Of a stretch of 64,000 nucleotides of DNA, positions 18,665 to 27,594 are shown one piece after another; the first letter of the stretch is position 1, and each line of letters begins with the position of its first letter. The notes beneath the pieces were generated by a model that was given only the letters and a program-made list of their open reading frames with translations, ran no database searches and was not told the origin of the DNA. A program made the position numbers and the translations under genes. This DNA comes from a virus. Taxonomy: Duplodnaviria > Heunggongvirae > Uroviricota > Caudoviricetes. Location: positions 68,588 to 132,587 of IMG/VR virus record IMGVR_UViG_3300020577_006835. One strand, 5' to 3'.

Positions 18665-20281
18665 ATGCACCGCATGGCGAAGGACGACTACACACAGCTG
18701 CAGAAGGACTTTCGAAGCGCACGACGCGTGAGCACACCGCTCATGTTGGTGCGCACGGTCGACGGACGAGAGACGGCACGCAACCTGACGGCAGCCGCAG
18801 CCGACGGGCACCCGGTCATCTGGTGGGACACGGCGACCGGTCTGTCATCGCTCAACAAGCAGGTCGGCGTCAAGGCCCTGCTCGAAGCGCTGACCCCGAC
18901 CGATCAGGACGGTGGCGAGCCGATGACGCCGGAGTCGATCACCTCGCCCGTCGACGCGCTGGCCGTGGCCAACAGGCTGCCCAGGACGTCGATCCTGATC
19001 ATGCACAACGCGCACCTGTTCCTGATCCCCGGCCAGGCGGCCTACCCGCTGATGGTGCAGAGCATCTGGAACCTGCGCGACACCTTCAAGACCAACAAGC
19101 GGCTGCTCGTCCTTCTTACGCCGAACACGTCCCTGCCGCCGGAGCTGGTGCAGGACTTCCTCATCTTCGAGGAGGAGCTGCCCAACCGCGAGCGCTTGCA
19201 GAAGGTGGTCGTCGACATCCACAAGTCGGCCAACGTCGAGGTCCCGAAGCAGGAGGTCGTCAACAAGGCGGTCGACGCGCTCCGCGGCCTGGCCTACAAC
19301 CCGGCCGAGCAGATCACGGCCATGTCGCTCTACATGGACGAGAACAAGCAGGTCGTCTTCAACGTCCAGGAGCTGTGGCGGCGCAAGCGGGAGCTGATCA
19401 ACCAGACCAAGGGTTTGTCGGTCGACGCGCCCAAGGCGACCTTCAAGGACATCGGCGGCCAGGCCCAGATCCAGCTCTTCGGCACGCGGATCTTCAACGG
19501 TCCCTCGGCCCCGAACTGCGTGGTGCGCATCGACGAGATCGAGAAGATGCTGGCCGGCGCAGCGGGTCCGGTCTCCGACACGTCCGGCGTCAGCCAGGAT
19601 GCGCTGGGCGTCGTGCTGCGCGAGATGGAGGACAACGGGTGGCCCGGCATCCTGCTCGTCGGCTCGCCCGGTACGGGTAAGACGCTCTTCTCGACCGCGC
19701 TCGGCACCACGTTCGAGAAGCTCTCGATCGCGCTCGACCTGGGTGCGATGAAGGGCAAGTACGTCGGCGAGTCGGAGGCTGCGATCCGCAACGCGATGAG
19801 CGTCATGCGCAGCGTGTCCGACAACCAGCTGCTGATCATCGGCACCTGCAACAAGCTGGAGGTGCTGCCGCCGGAGCTGCGCCGCCGCTTCAAGCTGGGC
19901 ATCTGGTTCATCGACCTGCCCTCGGCCGAGGAGCGGGACCTGATCTGGCAGATCAACCTCAAGCGCTTCAACCTGGACCTGAGCCAGACGCGGCCCGACG
20001 ACAAGGTCTACACCGGAGCCGACATCCGCAACATCTGCGAGATCGCCTGGCGGCTGTCGACCGACGTGATCGAGGCCTCCAAGTTCATCGTGCCCGTGGC
20101 CATCTCGGACCCGGCCTCGATCCAGCGGCTGCGAGTCCAGGCGCACAACAAGTACCTGTCGGCGGCCTACCCTGGGCCGTACATCATCCCGGCCGGGCAG
20201 GCTCCGGAGGAGCTGGCAGCCGAGGAGGGGAAGCGGGAGATCTCGCTCGACCTCACCGGCGGCAAGAAGTACGGGAACTGA
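18665..20281 (+). CDS. AAA+ ATPase-like protein with atypical motif order; C-terminal KREISLDLTGG
   Basis: GILLVGSPGTGKT (Walker A), YVGESEAAIRN, QLLIIGTCNKLEVLPPELRRRF (sensor-1/Arg-finger region); a Walker-B-like VVRIDEIEK lies upstream of Walker A. Confidence 0.6.
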   Translation: MHRMAKDDYTQLQKDFRSARRVSTPLMLVRTVDGRETARNLTAAAADGHPVIWWDTATGLSSLNKQVGVKALLEALTPTDQDGGEPMTPESITSPVDALAVANRLPRTSILIMHNAHLFLIPGQAAYPLMVQSIWNLRDTFKTNKRLLVLLTPNTSLPPELVQDFLIFEEELPNRERLQKVVVDIHKSANVEVPKQEVVNKAVDALRGLAYNPAEQITAMSLYMDENKQVVFNVQELWRRKRELINQTKGLSVDAPKATFKDIGGQAQIQLFGTRIFNGPSAPNCVVRIDEIEKMLAGAAGPVSDTSGVSQDALGVVLREMEDNGWPGILLVGSPGTGKTLFSTALGTTFEKLSIALDLGAMKGKYVGESEAAIRNAMSVMRSVSDNQLLIIGTCNKLEVLPPELRRRFKLGIWFIDLPSAEERDLIWQINLKRFNLDLSQTRPDDKVYTGADIRNICEIAWRLSTDVIEASKFIVPVAISDPASIQRLRVQAHNKYLSAAYPGPYIIPAGQAPEELAAEEGKREISLDLTGGKKYGN

Positions 20282-20419
20282 GGGGGAGCAGGGGGAGGGC
20301 GCCGCAGAGGCTCGACCCTCCCCCCGCATGGGTGGGGTGAGCCAAACCCTACTCATGTCCGTCAGAGTTGTCAATACGAGGTCGCTGGTGCTAACCGGCC
20401 AGCGGACAGGAGGACGAGG

Positions 20420-20761
20420 ATGCCGTGTTACGTGGTGAGCGAGGCGTCGGTCGACATCAAGGCGGCCAACTTCTCGCTTCTGGAGAAGGGGCTGGCCAAC
20501 GACAAGGACTTCATCCTGCACGGTGTGTATGGGGGTGTCCTGCACGCGTCGTGGAAAGGGCAACGGTTCACTCTGGCCAACGGACAGGTCACAGTGGAGC
20601 ACCGGGACCAGCGGATGGCCGAAAAGCTGGCCGGCGAGATCGGCAACGCCGTCAATCGAGCCTACTCCAAGCAGGTTGTGAAGCACGCTTCGCAGAAGAT
20701 GGGCTGGGCTGTGGAGCAGACGGGTGACCTGGAGTTCAACGTCACCAAGCGGTCGGCCTGA
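20420..20761 (+). CDS. hypothetical protein
   Basis: ORF track; promoter-like motif at about 20368-20394. Confidence 0.5.
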   Translation: MPCYVVSEASVDIKAANFSLLEKGLANDKDFILHGVYGGVLHASWKGQRFTLANGQVTVEHRDQRMAEKLAGEIGNAVNRAYSKQVVKHASQKMGWAVEQTGDLEFNVTKRSA

Positions 20762-20771
20762 GGGAGGGGAC

Positions 20772-20993
20772 ATGTCACAGGACAAGATGACGGTGCGCAT
20801 CGAGGAGGATGGCACCATCACGACGGTGGTCAACGGGCAGATCTCGACCATGAATCACGACTCTGCCGACAAGTGGCTCAAGATGGTTGAGAAGCTGGCC
20901 GGCGGCCACGTGCGCCGCACCAAGGACAAGAAGGCGGAGCACAAGCATGCCCACACGCACCACGACCACGAGCATGAACAAGCCAAGGCCTGA
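20772..20993 (+). CDS. small His-rich hypothetical protein
   Basis: ORF 20724..20993, start moved to ATG 20772 (MSQDKMTV); C-terminal HKHAHTHHDHEHE. Confidence 0.45.
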   Translation: MSQDKMTVRIEEDGTITTVVNGQISTMNHDSADKWLKMVEKLAGGHVRRTKDKKAEHKHAHTHHDHEHEQAKA

Positions 20994-21270
20994 GCCCACA
21001 CCAACACCGGTGTGGGAGATCATCAGCGCCACGTCCAAGGGTAAGTTCGTGATCGTCGAGGCCCGCATTGCCGGCAACCAGGTTGCGAGGTCTGGGTGCG
21101 CCTGGGTCGACTACCAGCTCAAGTTCGAGACCAAGGGAGGGCTGCCCTCGTGTGTGGGCGGCACGTACAAGATCTCCAACGTCGCCGCCGGTGACGCGTT
21201 CGCGACCAGGCTGCCGGACAACTTCCTGCGAGCCTGTGGCAGTGCCGCGCTCGCGGCCAGGAAGAGGTGA
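20974..21270 (+). CDS. hypothetical protein
   Basis: ORF 20887..21270, start moved to ATG 20974 (MNKPRPEP). Confidence 0.45.
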   Translation: MNKPRPEPTPTPVWEIISATSKGKFVIVEARIAGNQVARSGCAWVDYQLKFETKGGLPSCVGGTYKISNVAAGDAFATRLPDNFLRACGSAALAARKR

Positions 21271-21273
21271 ACC

Positions 21274-21561
21274 GTGAAGCTCTTGTTCTGCAAGGCGTGC
21301 GTGGACGTGAGGAAGCTCTCCACGCGCACGATCACGGTCTGTGACTGCGGTGCGTCCAAGGGCAAGTACCTGGAGGATGGGCTGAACGCTACGGTCGAAG
21401 GGGACCGCGCCCTCGTGCTGGGGTTCGACAACAACTCTCTTCGAGCTGCCATCATGCAGGACGGCAGACTGCCGAAGGAGTACGGGGCCGAAGGGGAGCC
21501 CGGCGTCAGGTTCGAAGCCTTCATCATCCCCAACTCAGCAAGGTCCGTGAAACGGGCTTGA
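21274..21561 (+). CDS. hypothetical protein
   Basis: ORF track (GTG start). Confidence 0.45.
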   Translation: MKLLFCKACVDVRKLSTRTITVCDCGASKGKYLEDGLNATVEGDRALVLGFDNNSLRAAIMQDGRLPKEYGAEGEPGVRFEAFIIPNSARSVKRA

Positions 21562-21584
21562 CACACTCAGCGGTCGAGTGCTAA
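21558..21584 (+). promoter_or_regulatory. promoter-like motif TTGACA-N14-GTGCTAA
   Basis: cTTGACAcactcagcggtcgaGTGCTAAagg, 35 nt upstream of the 21619 start with RBS GAAAGGAG. Confidence 0.5.
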
Positions 21585-21618
21585 AGGGCCGCACCAGTAG
21601 CAGAGAAAGGAGTAGAGA

Positions 21619-22530
21619 ATGGCGATCGAAGAAGGGGGCCGGAAGGTCATCGAGACGACCGTGTGTCTGGACGTGCAGATCAGCATGCTCGGCTTGGAGC
21701 GACGGGTCGAGTCCGAGGACGTGACCGCCAAGGACGCGGACAAGAAGCGTTTGCGTGTCACCAAGTTGATCATCGAATCCGACACCATCAAGTCGATGCA
21801 GAAGCTGCGCAGCCGACTCGCGGCCGATCTCAAGGAGATCAAGGTGCCCACCAAGATGTACCGGCACGGCATCTACTTGATCCCGCAGATCTACGTGGTC
21901 AACGTCGAGAACCTGCTGAAGCTGGCCAAGAAGGAGATGAAGGAGCTGGCCACGCAGCTGGTGTCCGAGTACGACGACCTGAAGGCGGCCGCCAAGGAGA
22001 GTCTGGGTCAGCTGTACGACGAGAAGGATTACCCGTCCCCTGAAGCGTTGCCGGCGCTGTTCGACGTCCAGTGGGATTACTTGGCGTTCGACACGCCAGC
22101 CGTTCTGAAGAACCTGGACTACGAGCTGTTCCAGAGTCAGCGGGAGAGAGCTGAGCGTCGCTGGGACGAGGCCGCGGAGCAGATCCGTCGTGCTCTGCGT
22201 GAGGGGTTCGGCGGTCTGGTGACCGAGTTCGTGGACAAGATGATCCCCGGAGACGACGGCACCTTCCGCAAGCTGAAGCAGCCCTTCATCGACAAGTTCC
22301 ACGAGTTCCTGCGCTTCTTCGAGGGCCGCAACGTGACCTCGGACGAGGAGCTGGACGAGCTGGTCAAGAAGGCCAAGGACCTGCTCGAAGGACGCACGGC
22401 GCAGGAGCTGCGCGGCGACGAGGAGATGCGCGAGAAGATCCTGGAGAGCTTCAAGACGCTGCGCGAGAGCAGCGACAAGCTGGTCCAGGAGTACGTGCGC
22501 GAGGTCAGTCTGGAGGAAGATGCGGCGTGA
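21619..22530 (+). CDS. acidic, Lys/Glu-rich hypothetical protein ending REVSLEEDAA (scaffold-like composition)
   Basis: ORF track; strong RBS; stop overlaps next GTG start. Confidence 0.6.
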   Translation: MAIEEGGRKVIETTVCLDVQISMLGLERRVESEDVTAKDADKKRLRVTKLIIESDTIKSMQKLRSRLAADLKEIKVPTKMYRHGIYLIPQIYVVNVENLLKLAKKEMKELATQLVSEYDDLKAAAKESLGQLYDEKDYPSPEALPALFDVQWDYLAFDTPAVLKNLDYELFQSQRERAERRWDEAAEQIRRALREGFGGLVTEFVDKMIPGDDGTFRKLKQPFIDKFHEFLRFFEGRNVTSDEELDELVKKAKDLLEGRTAQELRGDEEMREKILESFKTLRESSDKLVQEYVREVSLEEDAA

Positions 22531-23135
22531 GAGACACGCCTACATTGTTGGTGGCCGAGCAGGACTTCAAGCGGCTGGTGCTCGCGGGCCGTGTGTACAG
22601 CATCGCCCGCGGGCAGTGGCGCAAGATCGACGATCTGGGGCCGCCCCCTGTCGCGGTCGTGCGCCCCGGGCTGCTTGGTGAGGACTTCGCCTCCGAGGTC
22701 ACGGCCGCTGATCTGTGCGAGCTGAGCGGTGCCCAGACCGACTACATGGACACCTTCCTGCTGGTGCTGCGTGGGGCTGTCATGGACGAGGTGCCGTTCC
22801 ACACCGAGAGCGGCGTCACGATGCCTGAGGTCTACAAGGAGTGCTTGCAGTTCTTCGTCAGACACGCGCCGAGGCCGATCGTGCGCCGCATGATGATTGC
22901 ACCCGTCATCGACCGGGCGATCAACGACATCACCATGGCCGTGGATGCCTGGAAGACGAACCGCCCGGACTTCACCATGCTCTGGGAGGGCATGATGGAA
23001 GTGTCACGACGGTCTGACAGCCTGCGGGCCGGCGGGCGCCGCTACGTACCGAAGAGGCAGCTGGACCAGGAGACCTTGAAGGCGTTGACCCAGACCACAC
23101 CGGTGCGAGAGGTCTCGCTGTCAGAGGACGATTGA
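22527..23135 (+). CDS. hypothetical protein ending REVSLSEDD
   Basis: ORF track (GTG start). Confidence 0.55.
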   Translation: MRDTPTLLVAEQDFKRLVLAGRVYSIARGQWRKIDDLGPPPVAVVRPGLLGEDFASEVTAADLCELSGAQTDYMDTFLLVLRGAVMDEVPFHTESGVTMPEVYKECLQFFVRHAPRPIVRRMMIAPVIDRAINDITMAVDAWKTNRPDFTMLWEGMMEVSRRSDSLRAGGRRYVPKRQLDQETLKALTQTTPVREVSLSEDD

Positions 23136-23136
23136 A

Positions 23137-23919
23137 GTGGAGATCGTGGACGACATGACGCTCGACTTCATGGCCCACGTGACGGCCCAGGTGAGGCTGG
23201 ACGGGACCTTCATCACGGTTGCGCAGTCTGAGCCTGGCTACTCGACGGCCGACAAGGCGTACAAGGCTTTGCTGATCGAGGCTGGTCTTGCGGATGGAAT
23301 GGTGCTGCTTCCGTCGGATGAGGATCGTGACTTCGCTGCCAGGACCATGGCCTGGGCCAGAGAGGTGTTCGTCGCCCGCAGCTCGTTCCAGGAGAAGCAG
23401 CGAGAGGCAGCCCTGCAGGGCGTCAACAAGGTCAATTACAGAATCCTGGCCTCGCTCTACGTGGCGTACGACAAGACCGCGAACCGCAAGAAGCCGTTCG
23501 GCGCCCCGGGCGACATCATCTCGTGCAGGGCGCTGCTCAAGGGGCTCCGAGCGCAGCCGCTGGGGTCCACGCTCTTGAAGGGGCTCGACGCCACGTTCGA
23601 GAACATGGACAACGGGTCGACGCTCGTGGTCGAGATGCCGGCCAACCTCCAGCAGGACGCTGCGGACGAGCTGGTGCTCAACGATGAGTACCAGGGGACC
23701 TTCTACGTGGTCTCTGCCAGGGACCTGAGCGGGGTCTGGTACTGCCGCGGGACGGCCGTCGAGCTGGTGCACATCACTGCCGATGCAGCGATGCGGGTGA
23801 TCGGGCAGCGAATCCCCATCCCGAGAGTGCAGCGGGCGATGCCGACCAAGGCGATCGCAAGCGGGGTGGCACCGGAGCCGAAGAAGGTCAGGGACATTAG
23901 CTTGACGGAGGACGATTGA
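23137..23919 (+). CDS. hypothetical protein ending RDISLTEDD
   Basis: ORF track (GTG start). Confidence 0.55.
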   Translation: MEIVDDMTLDFMAHVTAQVRLDGTFITVAQSEPGYSTADKAYKALLIEAGLADGMVLLPSDEDRDFAARTMAWAREVFVARSSFQEKQREAALQGVNKVNYRILASLYVAYDKTANRKKPFGAPGDIISCRALLKGLRAQPLGSTLLKGLDATFENMDNGSTLVVEMPANLQQDAADELVLNDEYQGTFYVVSARDLSGVWYCRGTAVELVHITADAAMRVIGQRIPIPRVQRAMPTKAIASGVAPEPKKVRDISLTEDD

Positions 23920-24260
23920 GAGTCATCGAAGGCGTTGGACCTGATGCCCAGGTTGTCGCGAACGAGAGGGGTGCCAAGGCCAGCAAGCCCGCGGCCCGCA
24001 TGGACCTGCTGCCGCACCGGGCGCTGCTGGAGATCGGCAAGCTCGGCCTGTTCGGGGCAGACAAGTATGGGGTCGACAACTGGCGCGGCTTCGACGTGAA
24101 CGACCACCTGAACCACGCCGACGTCCACCTGCACGCCCACCTGGCCGGCGACCGGCAGGAGGGTCCGATCGGGCACCTGTCGAGGCTCGCACTCAGGGCG
24201 CTGTTCGCCCTGGAGACGGCCATCGACGATGAACGCAAGAAGCAAGAAACAGCAAGTTGA
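23916..24260 (+). CDS. hypothetical protein
   Basis: ORF track (TTG start overlapping previous stop). Confidence 0.45.
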   Translation: MRVIEGVGPDAQVVANERGAKASKPAARMDLLPHRALLEIGKLGLFGADKYGVDNWRGFDVNDHLNHADVHLHAHLAGDRQEGPIGHLSRLALRALFALETAIDDERKKQETAS

Positions 24261-24282
24261 CAAAGCACCGGACAGCGTGCTA
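24256..24282 (+). promoter_or_regulatory. promoter-like motif TTGACA-N14-GTGCTAA
   Basis: gTTGACAaagcaccggacagcGTGCTAAcaaaGGAGGctcctATG. Confidence 0.5.
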
Positions 24283-24297
24283 ACAAAGGAGGCTCCT

Positions 24298-24429
24298 ATG
24301 AAGACGATCGTTTCCACCCTGCTCGTGCTCTGGCTTGTGGCCGGAGTGGTGAGCACTGCTTCGGCCCACCCGCAGGGCAAGCCCCATCCCGAGCCGCATC
24401 CAGCGCCTCAGGAACCGTGGGGCAAGTAG
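24298..24429 (+). CDS. small secreted/membrane peptide (signal-peptide-like N-terminus)
   Basis: ORF 24229..24429, start moved to ATG 24298 with AAGGAGG RBS; MKTIVSTLLVLWLVAGVVSTASA. Confidence 0.45.
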   Translation: MKTIVSTLLVLWLVAGVVSTASAHPQGKPHPEPHPAPQEPWGK

Positions 24430-24438
24430 CCCACTCAG

Positions 24439-24510
24439 GCCACGCTCGTCTATCGGCTAGGACACCTGATTCTCGATCAGGGAAGCGGAGTTCGACTCTC
24501 CGGCGTGGTA
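24439..24510 (+). tRNA. tRNA-Glu (anticodon CTC)
   Basis: 72 nt; anticodon stem CCTGA/TCAGG, loop TTCTCGA; T-arm CGGAGTTCGACTCTCCG. Confidence 0.75.
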
Positions 24511-24520
24511 CTCGTGCCGG

Positions 24521-24594
24521 GGGTCAGGGGTGCATGCTGGAGCGCACATCGGTCTCCAAAACCGAAGGACTCGGTTCGACTCCGAGCTGACCTG
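24521..24594 (+). tRNA. tRNA-Trp (anticodon CCA)
   Basis: 74 nt; anticodon stem TCGGT/ACCGA, loop CTCCAAA; T-arm CTCGGTTCGACTCCGAG. Confidence 0.75.
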
Positions 24595-24657
24595 TTGAAC
24601 TCCAAATCAGGTTGACGACTTGTAACCCGGCAGCCCTTCGTGATGTAGTGTCGAGCT

Positions 24658-25107
24658 GTGAAGACTAAGGTTTGCACTAAGTGCGGTGCCAGGAAGCAGC
24701 TCGACCAATTTCACGTCAAGGATAAGCAGAGGGGGACGAGGCGAGCACGCTGTAAGCCTTGCTGGTCGATCTACAGGCGGCAGCACTACCTGGAGAACCA
24801 GAGCAAGTACATCAAGATGTCACGGGCTCGTGTTGTAGAGCATCGCCGCCGTCTTCGATTTCTGATTCTTGAGGCCAAGGCGAAGCCGTGTGCAGACTGC
24901 GACCTCTCATACCCGCCATGGGTGATGCAGTTTGATCATGTGCGGGGCAGGAAGCTCTTTCACCTGGGCGCCTACCGTGAAGACTACGTCTCGGTGCCCA
25001 CACTCCTGAACGAGATCAAGAAGTGCGACGTGGTGTGCGCGAACTGCCACGCTGATCGAACGTACAAGCGAAACCCGTACGACATCCCAGACAGCCCGTT
25101 CGTCTAG
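24658..25107 (+). CDS. HNH endonuclease (small free-standing family shared with 36387..36833 and 37826..38191)
   Basis: GTG start; PCADCDLSYPPWVMQFDHV...KCDVVCANCH; 3' end overlaps tRNA-Glu(TTC) by about 15 nt. Confidence 0.7.
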   Translation: MKTKVCTKCGARKQLDQFHVKDKQRGTRRARCKPCWSIYRRQHYLENQSKYIKMSRARVVEHRRRLRFLILEAKAKPCADCDLSYPPWVMQFDHVRGRKLFHLGAYREDYVSVPTLLNEIKKCDVVCANCHADRTYKRNPYDIPDSPFV

Positions 25108-25165
25108 AGGCCGAGGACGCCGGACTTTCAATCCGGGGACGCGGGTTCGAATCCCGTACGGGCTA
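25093..25165 (+). tRNA. tRNA-Glu (anticodon TTC)
   Basis: 73 nt; anticodon stem CCGGA/TCCGG, loop CTTTCAA; T-arm GCGGGTTCGAATCCCGT. Confidence 0.8.
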
Positions 25166-25192
25166 TTGACAAGGTCACCTCTCATGTGCTAA
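25166..25192 (+). promoter_or_regulatory. promoter-like motif TTGACA-N14-GTGCTAA
   Basis: TTGACAaggtcacctctcatGTGCTAAaacc, immediately after tRNA-Glu. Confidence 0.45.
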
Positions 25193-25248
25193 AACCAGAT
25201 CATCGCGGAGCAACACCGCTCAAGAACGTAGAGAGAAGGAGAGAGAAC

Positions 25249-25758
25249 ATGGCGAACGAAGAGAAGAAGAAGGCGAGCAAGAAGGTCCTCAAGGCGACGG
25301 CGACCCGCCTCATCGAGAAGGCGTTCCGCCTCGGCTGCCTCAAGACCCGCTACGAGAAGGCCTACAACGACACCCGCAAGGCGGGCCTCGCGGCCCTGGC
25401 CGAGCTTGGCCAGCTGCCCGCGAAGCCGGGCGACTGCCTCACCTTCGACGGCGGCGACCTGAAGCGCTTCGGCTCGAACGAGGTCACGGTCCAGACGGGC
25501 CTGATCCTGCAGAAGGTGCTCACCGACAAGACGGTCTCCGTCGACAAGCTCCTCAGCTGCGTGAAGAGCTTCGACGTCGAGAAGCTGAAGGAGACCTTCT
25601 CGCCCGACGTCGTCACCGAGACCGTGGTCCCGGGCGACCTCCGCTTCACCGCCAACGGCGACGTGAAGAAGCTCGTGGCCAGCAAGGCTGACGGGCTCGA
25701 CACCATCCTGTTCGACCTGATCAAGGTCGAGGAGGAGAAGGAGGAGCACGCGGCGTGA
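25249..25758 (+). CDS. Lys/Glu-rich hypothetical protein
   Basis: ORF 25186..25758, start moved to ATG 25249 with RBS AGAAGGAGAGAGAAC. Confidence 0.55.
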   Translation: MANEEKKKASKKVLKATATRLIEKAFRLGCLKTRYEKAYNDTRKAGLAALAELGQLPAKPGDCLTFDGGDLKRFGSNEVTVQTGLILQKVLTDKTVSVDKLLSCVKSFDVEKLKETFSPDVVTETVVPGDLRFTANGDVKKLVASKADGLDTILFDLIKVEEEKEEHAA

Positions 25759-26039
25759 GCGAGCGCGTCTACGTCCCCGTCCATCGCGGCGACAGTTTCT
25801 GGGCCATCGAGGAGCGATTGGACGGGGTCGTGACGCACGTCTGTGCAGCGGCCCTGTCCAGGATTCAGGCCCACGCACTGGCGGAGCAGTTCACGCGCGC
25901 CGTGTCACTGGCCCGACGGGAGGCTCGACCTGCCGTCCCCAGCCCTCCGAAGGAGAAAGTCTATGAGACGAAGCCTCAACGCCTTGGCCGTTCTGCTGCT
26001 GGTGTCGTGTACCGCGGTGCCGGCGTCAGCCGGCGGTAA
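25755..26039 (+). CDS. hypothetical protein (3' part overlaps next gene; extent uncertain)
   Basis: ORF track, GTG start; GC3 drops in the last third. Confidence 0.35.
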   Translation: MSERVYVPVHRGDSFWAIEERLDGVVTHVCAAALSRIQAHALAEQFTRAVSLARREARPAVPSPPKEKVYETKPQRLGRSAAGVVYRGAGVSRR

Positions 26040-26349
26040 CCAGCTCGCCAACAGCTGGGCCGCCATCAACTACGCCACTGCCGGTGCGATCGCTCTGGGA
26101 GCCCTGCAGGGTGGCCCTGTGGGCGTCCCTGTGGCCCCCGGCTGGGGAGGTGGGGTGGTAGGCCCTGCCGTCCCGGTGGCCCCCGTGTGGGGCTTCCCTG
26201 CGCTGCGGCCGGGGGTGGTCGTGGTGCCCGGCCCTGGCGGCTGGGAGGCCCGGCAGGCTGTGCGCGGATGCGTGCCGGCCAGGTGGAACCCGTACATCGA
26301 ACCTGGTGCGCCAGGGGCAGTGATCTGTGGCGGACAGTTCGCACGCTGA
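25963..26349 (+). CDS. secreted Gly/Pro/Val-rich protein with signal peptide
   Basis: ORF 25843..26349, start moved to ATG 25963 with AAGGAGAAAG RBS; MRRSLNALAVLLLVSCTAVPASA. Confidence 0.5.
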   Translation: MRRSLNALAVLLLVSCTAVPASAGGNQLANSWAAINYATAGAIALGALQGGPVGVPVAPGWGGGVVGPAVPVAPVWGFPALRPGVVVVPGPGGWEARQAVRGCVPARWNPYIEPGAPGAVICGGQFAR

Positions 26350-26857
26350 CCAGAGCTGGCGCTACTACCCCCGAAGGGGGGACAACCACGAGGTGCGGTC
26401 GATCTACGATGATGACGACCGACGGCTCGTGGCGAAGCGCCGTGCGAACCGCAGACTGGGCTCCACGGTGGCGTCTCCGGTCCGAGCGTTCTACGACCCG
26501 GACCGACGGCGCGCGATGCCGAGGCCGAGCTGGGGCAAGAAAGGGTACGTCGACCCGGCAACGGGCGGTGAGCCCGAGATCCCGCTCGGCCTCGACTTCA
26601 AGTACAAGGACCTTCTGATCGCCATGTTGATGGAGATCGTGAACGTCATCCGAGGCCACGGGCACGACGTCACAGCCAAGGAGTACGAGCGGGCGCTCAA
26701 CTTCGTCGCCGCCAGGGACCGCAAGTTGCCCGAGAACTGGCTCTCGTTCGACGACGCCTGCTGGGTCTGCGGTATCGACCCGAGCGCTGCCGCCCGCGCT
26801 ATCTTTGAGGATCAGCCAGGATGCTCACGCTTGCACTTGTTTTCAGTGTACTACTGA
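26327..26857 (+). CDS. hypothetical protein
   Basis: ORF track (GTG start); high GC3. Confidence 0.45.
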   Translation: MADSSHADQSWRYYPRRGDNHEVRSIYDDDDRRLVAKRRANRRLGSTVASPVRAFYDPDRRRAMPRPSWGKKGYVDPATGGEPEIPLGLDFKYKDLLIAMLMEIVNVIRGHGHDVTAKEYERALNFVAARDRKLPENWLSFDDACWVCGIDPSAAARAIFEDQPGCSRLHLFSVYY

Positions 26858-27090
26858 CCGTGGGCGACACCACCACGCTCCGCGACCAGTTCGGGCGCCC
26901 TGCCGGCTCCTTGAACAGTCGCGGGCAGCTCGGCAAGCAGTTCGTCACCGACTGCAACGGCATCACGCTCGGCTACACGGAGCCCTCTGGCACCTACGAC
27001 AGCGTAGGCCGCAAGGTGGCCCCGTTCCCGGACGCCGGGATTCTCCTGAGAAATTCGAAGTGTCCCGGCGCGAAGGAGGTGTACAAATGA
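26821..27090 (+). CDS. small hydrophobic-N-terminus protein
   Basis: ORF track. Confidence 0.4.
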   Translation: MLTLALVFSVLLTVGDTTTLRDQFGRPAGSLNSRGQLGKQFVTDCNGITLGYTEPSGTYDSVGRKVAPFPDAGILLRNSKCPGAKEVYK

Positions 27091-27132
27091 GTAGACGTGT
27101 GCTAACACTGACAGCCGTGGTCGTGCGGAGAG

Positions 27133-27594
27133 GTGTCGGTATACGTGAGACGAAGCAAGCTACCTCTGAAGGAGGTGTTGTCTAAGGGCCAGCTGCTGAT
27201 CAGCGCAGACAAGATCGAGGTCATGGTCGACGATCCGGACGGTGTGATCCGAGACTTCGGCCTGGAGCTGGAAGGGCTCGTGATCTCCGACAAGGGTTCG
27301 TGGCACGTGTTGTACGCCAGCGGCGGCAGCATGCTCCAGGAGCTGGAGTTGAAGGTCAAGACGCTGCGCAGGATCGAGGATGGTCTGGGAGCGCTCGAAG
27401 ACAGGTACGGGGTGCCAGGGAGCTTCGGCCAGTACGCGGTGAGGGTTGCCGACGTGCTGGGCATCAAGAGCTTCAGGGCACAGGGGTTGGCTCACCTGAC
27501 CCCGCGTGAGGCGGTGCACGTGATTGATCACCGTCCTGCCACGCTGCACAGGGTGGGGGAGTCTGAACGCCCCCGGGGAGCGGCGACGGCATGA
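27133..27594 (+). CDS. hypothetical protein
   Basis: ORF track. Confidence 0.5.
   Translation: MSVYVRRSKLPLKEVLSKGQLLISADKIEVMVDDPDGVIRDFGLELEGLVISDKGSWHVLYASGGSMLQELELKVKTLRRIEDGLGALEDRYGVPGSFGQYAVRVADVLGIKSFRAQGLAHLTPREAVHVIDHRPATLHRVGESERPRGAATA

Noticed and set aside
20292-20324. GGGGAGGG...CCCTCCCC hairpin after the AAA+ gene, and the CCCCGCGGGG palindrome at 12107-12116 after the tRNA-Met pair
   Set aside because: They are plausible transcript-end structures but lack T-tracts, so they were not called terminators. Only the 51378..51404 hairpin with a T7 tract was called.
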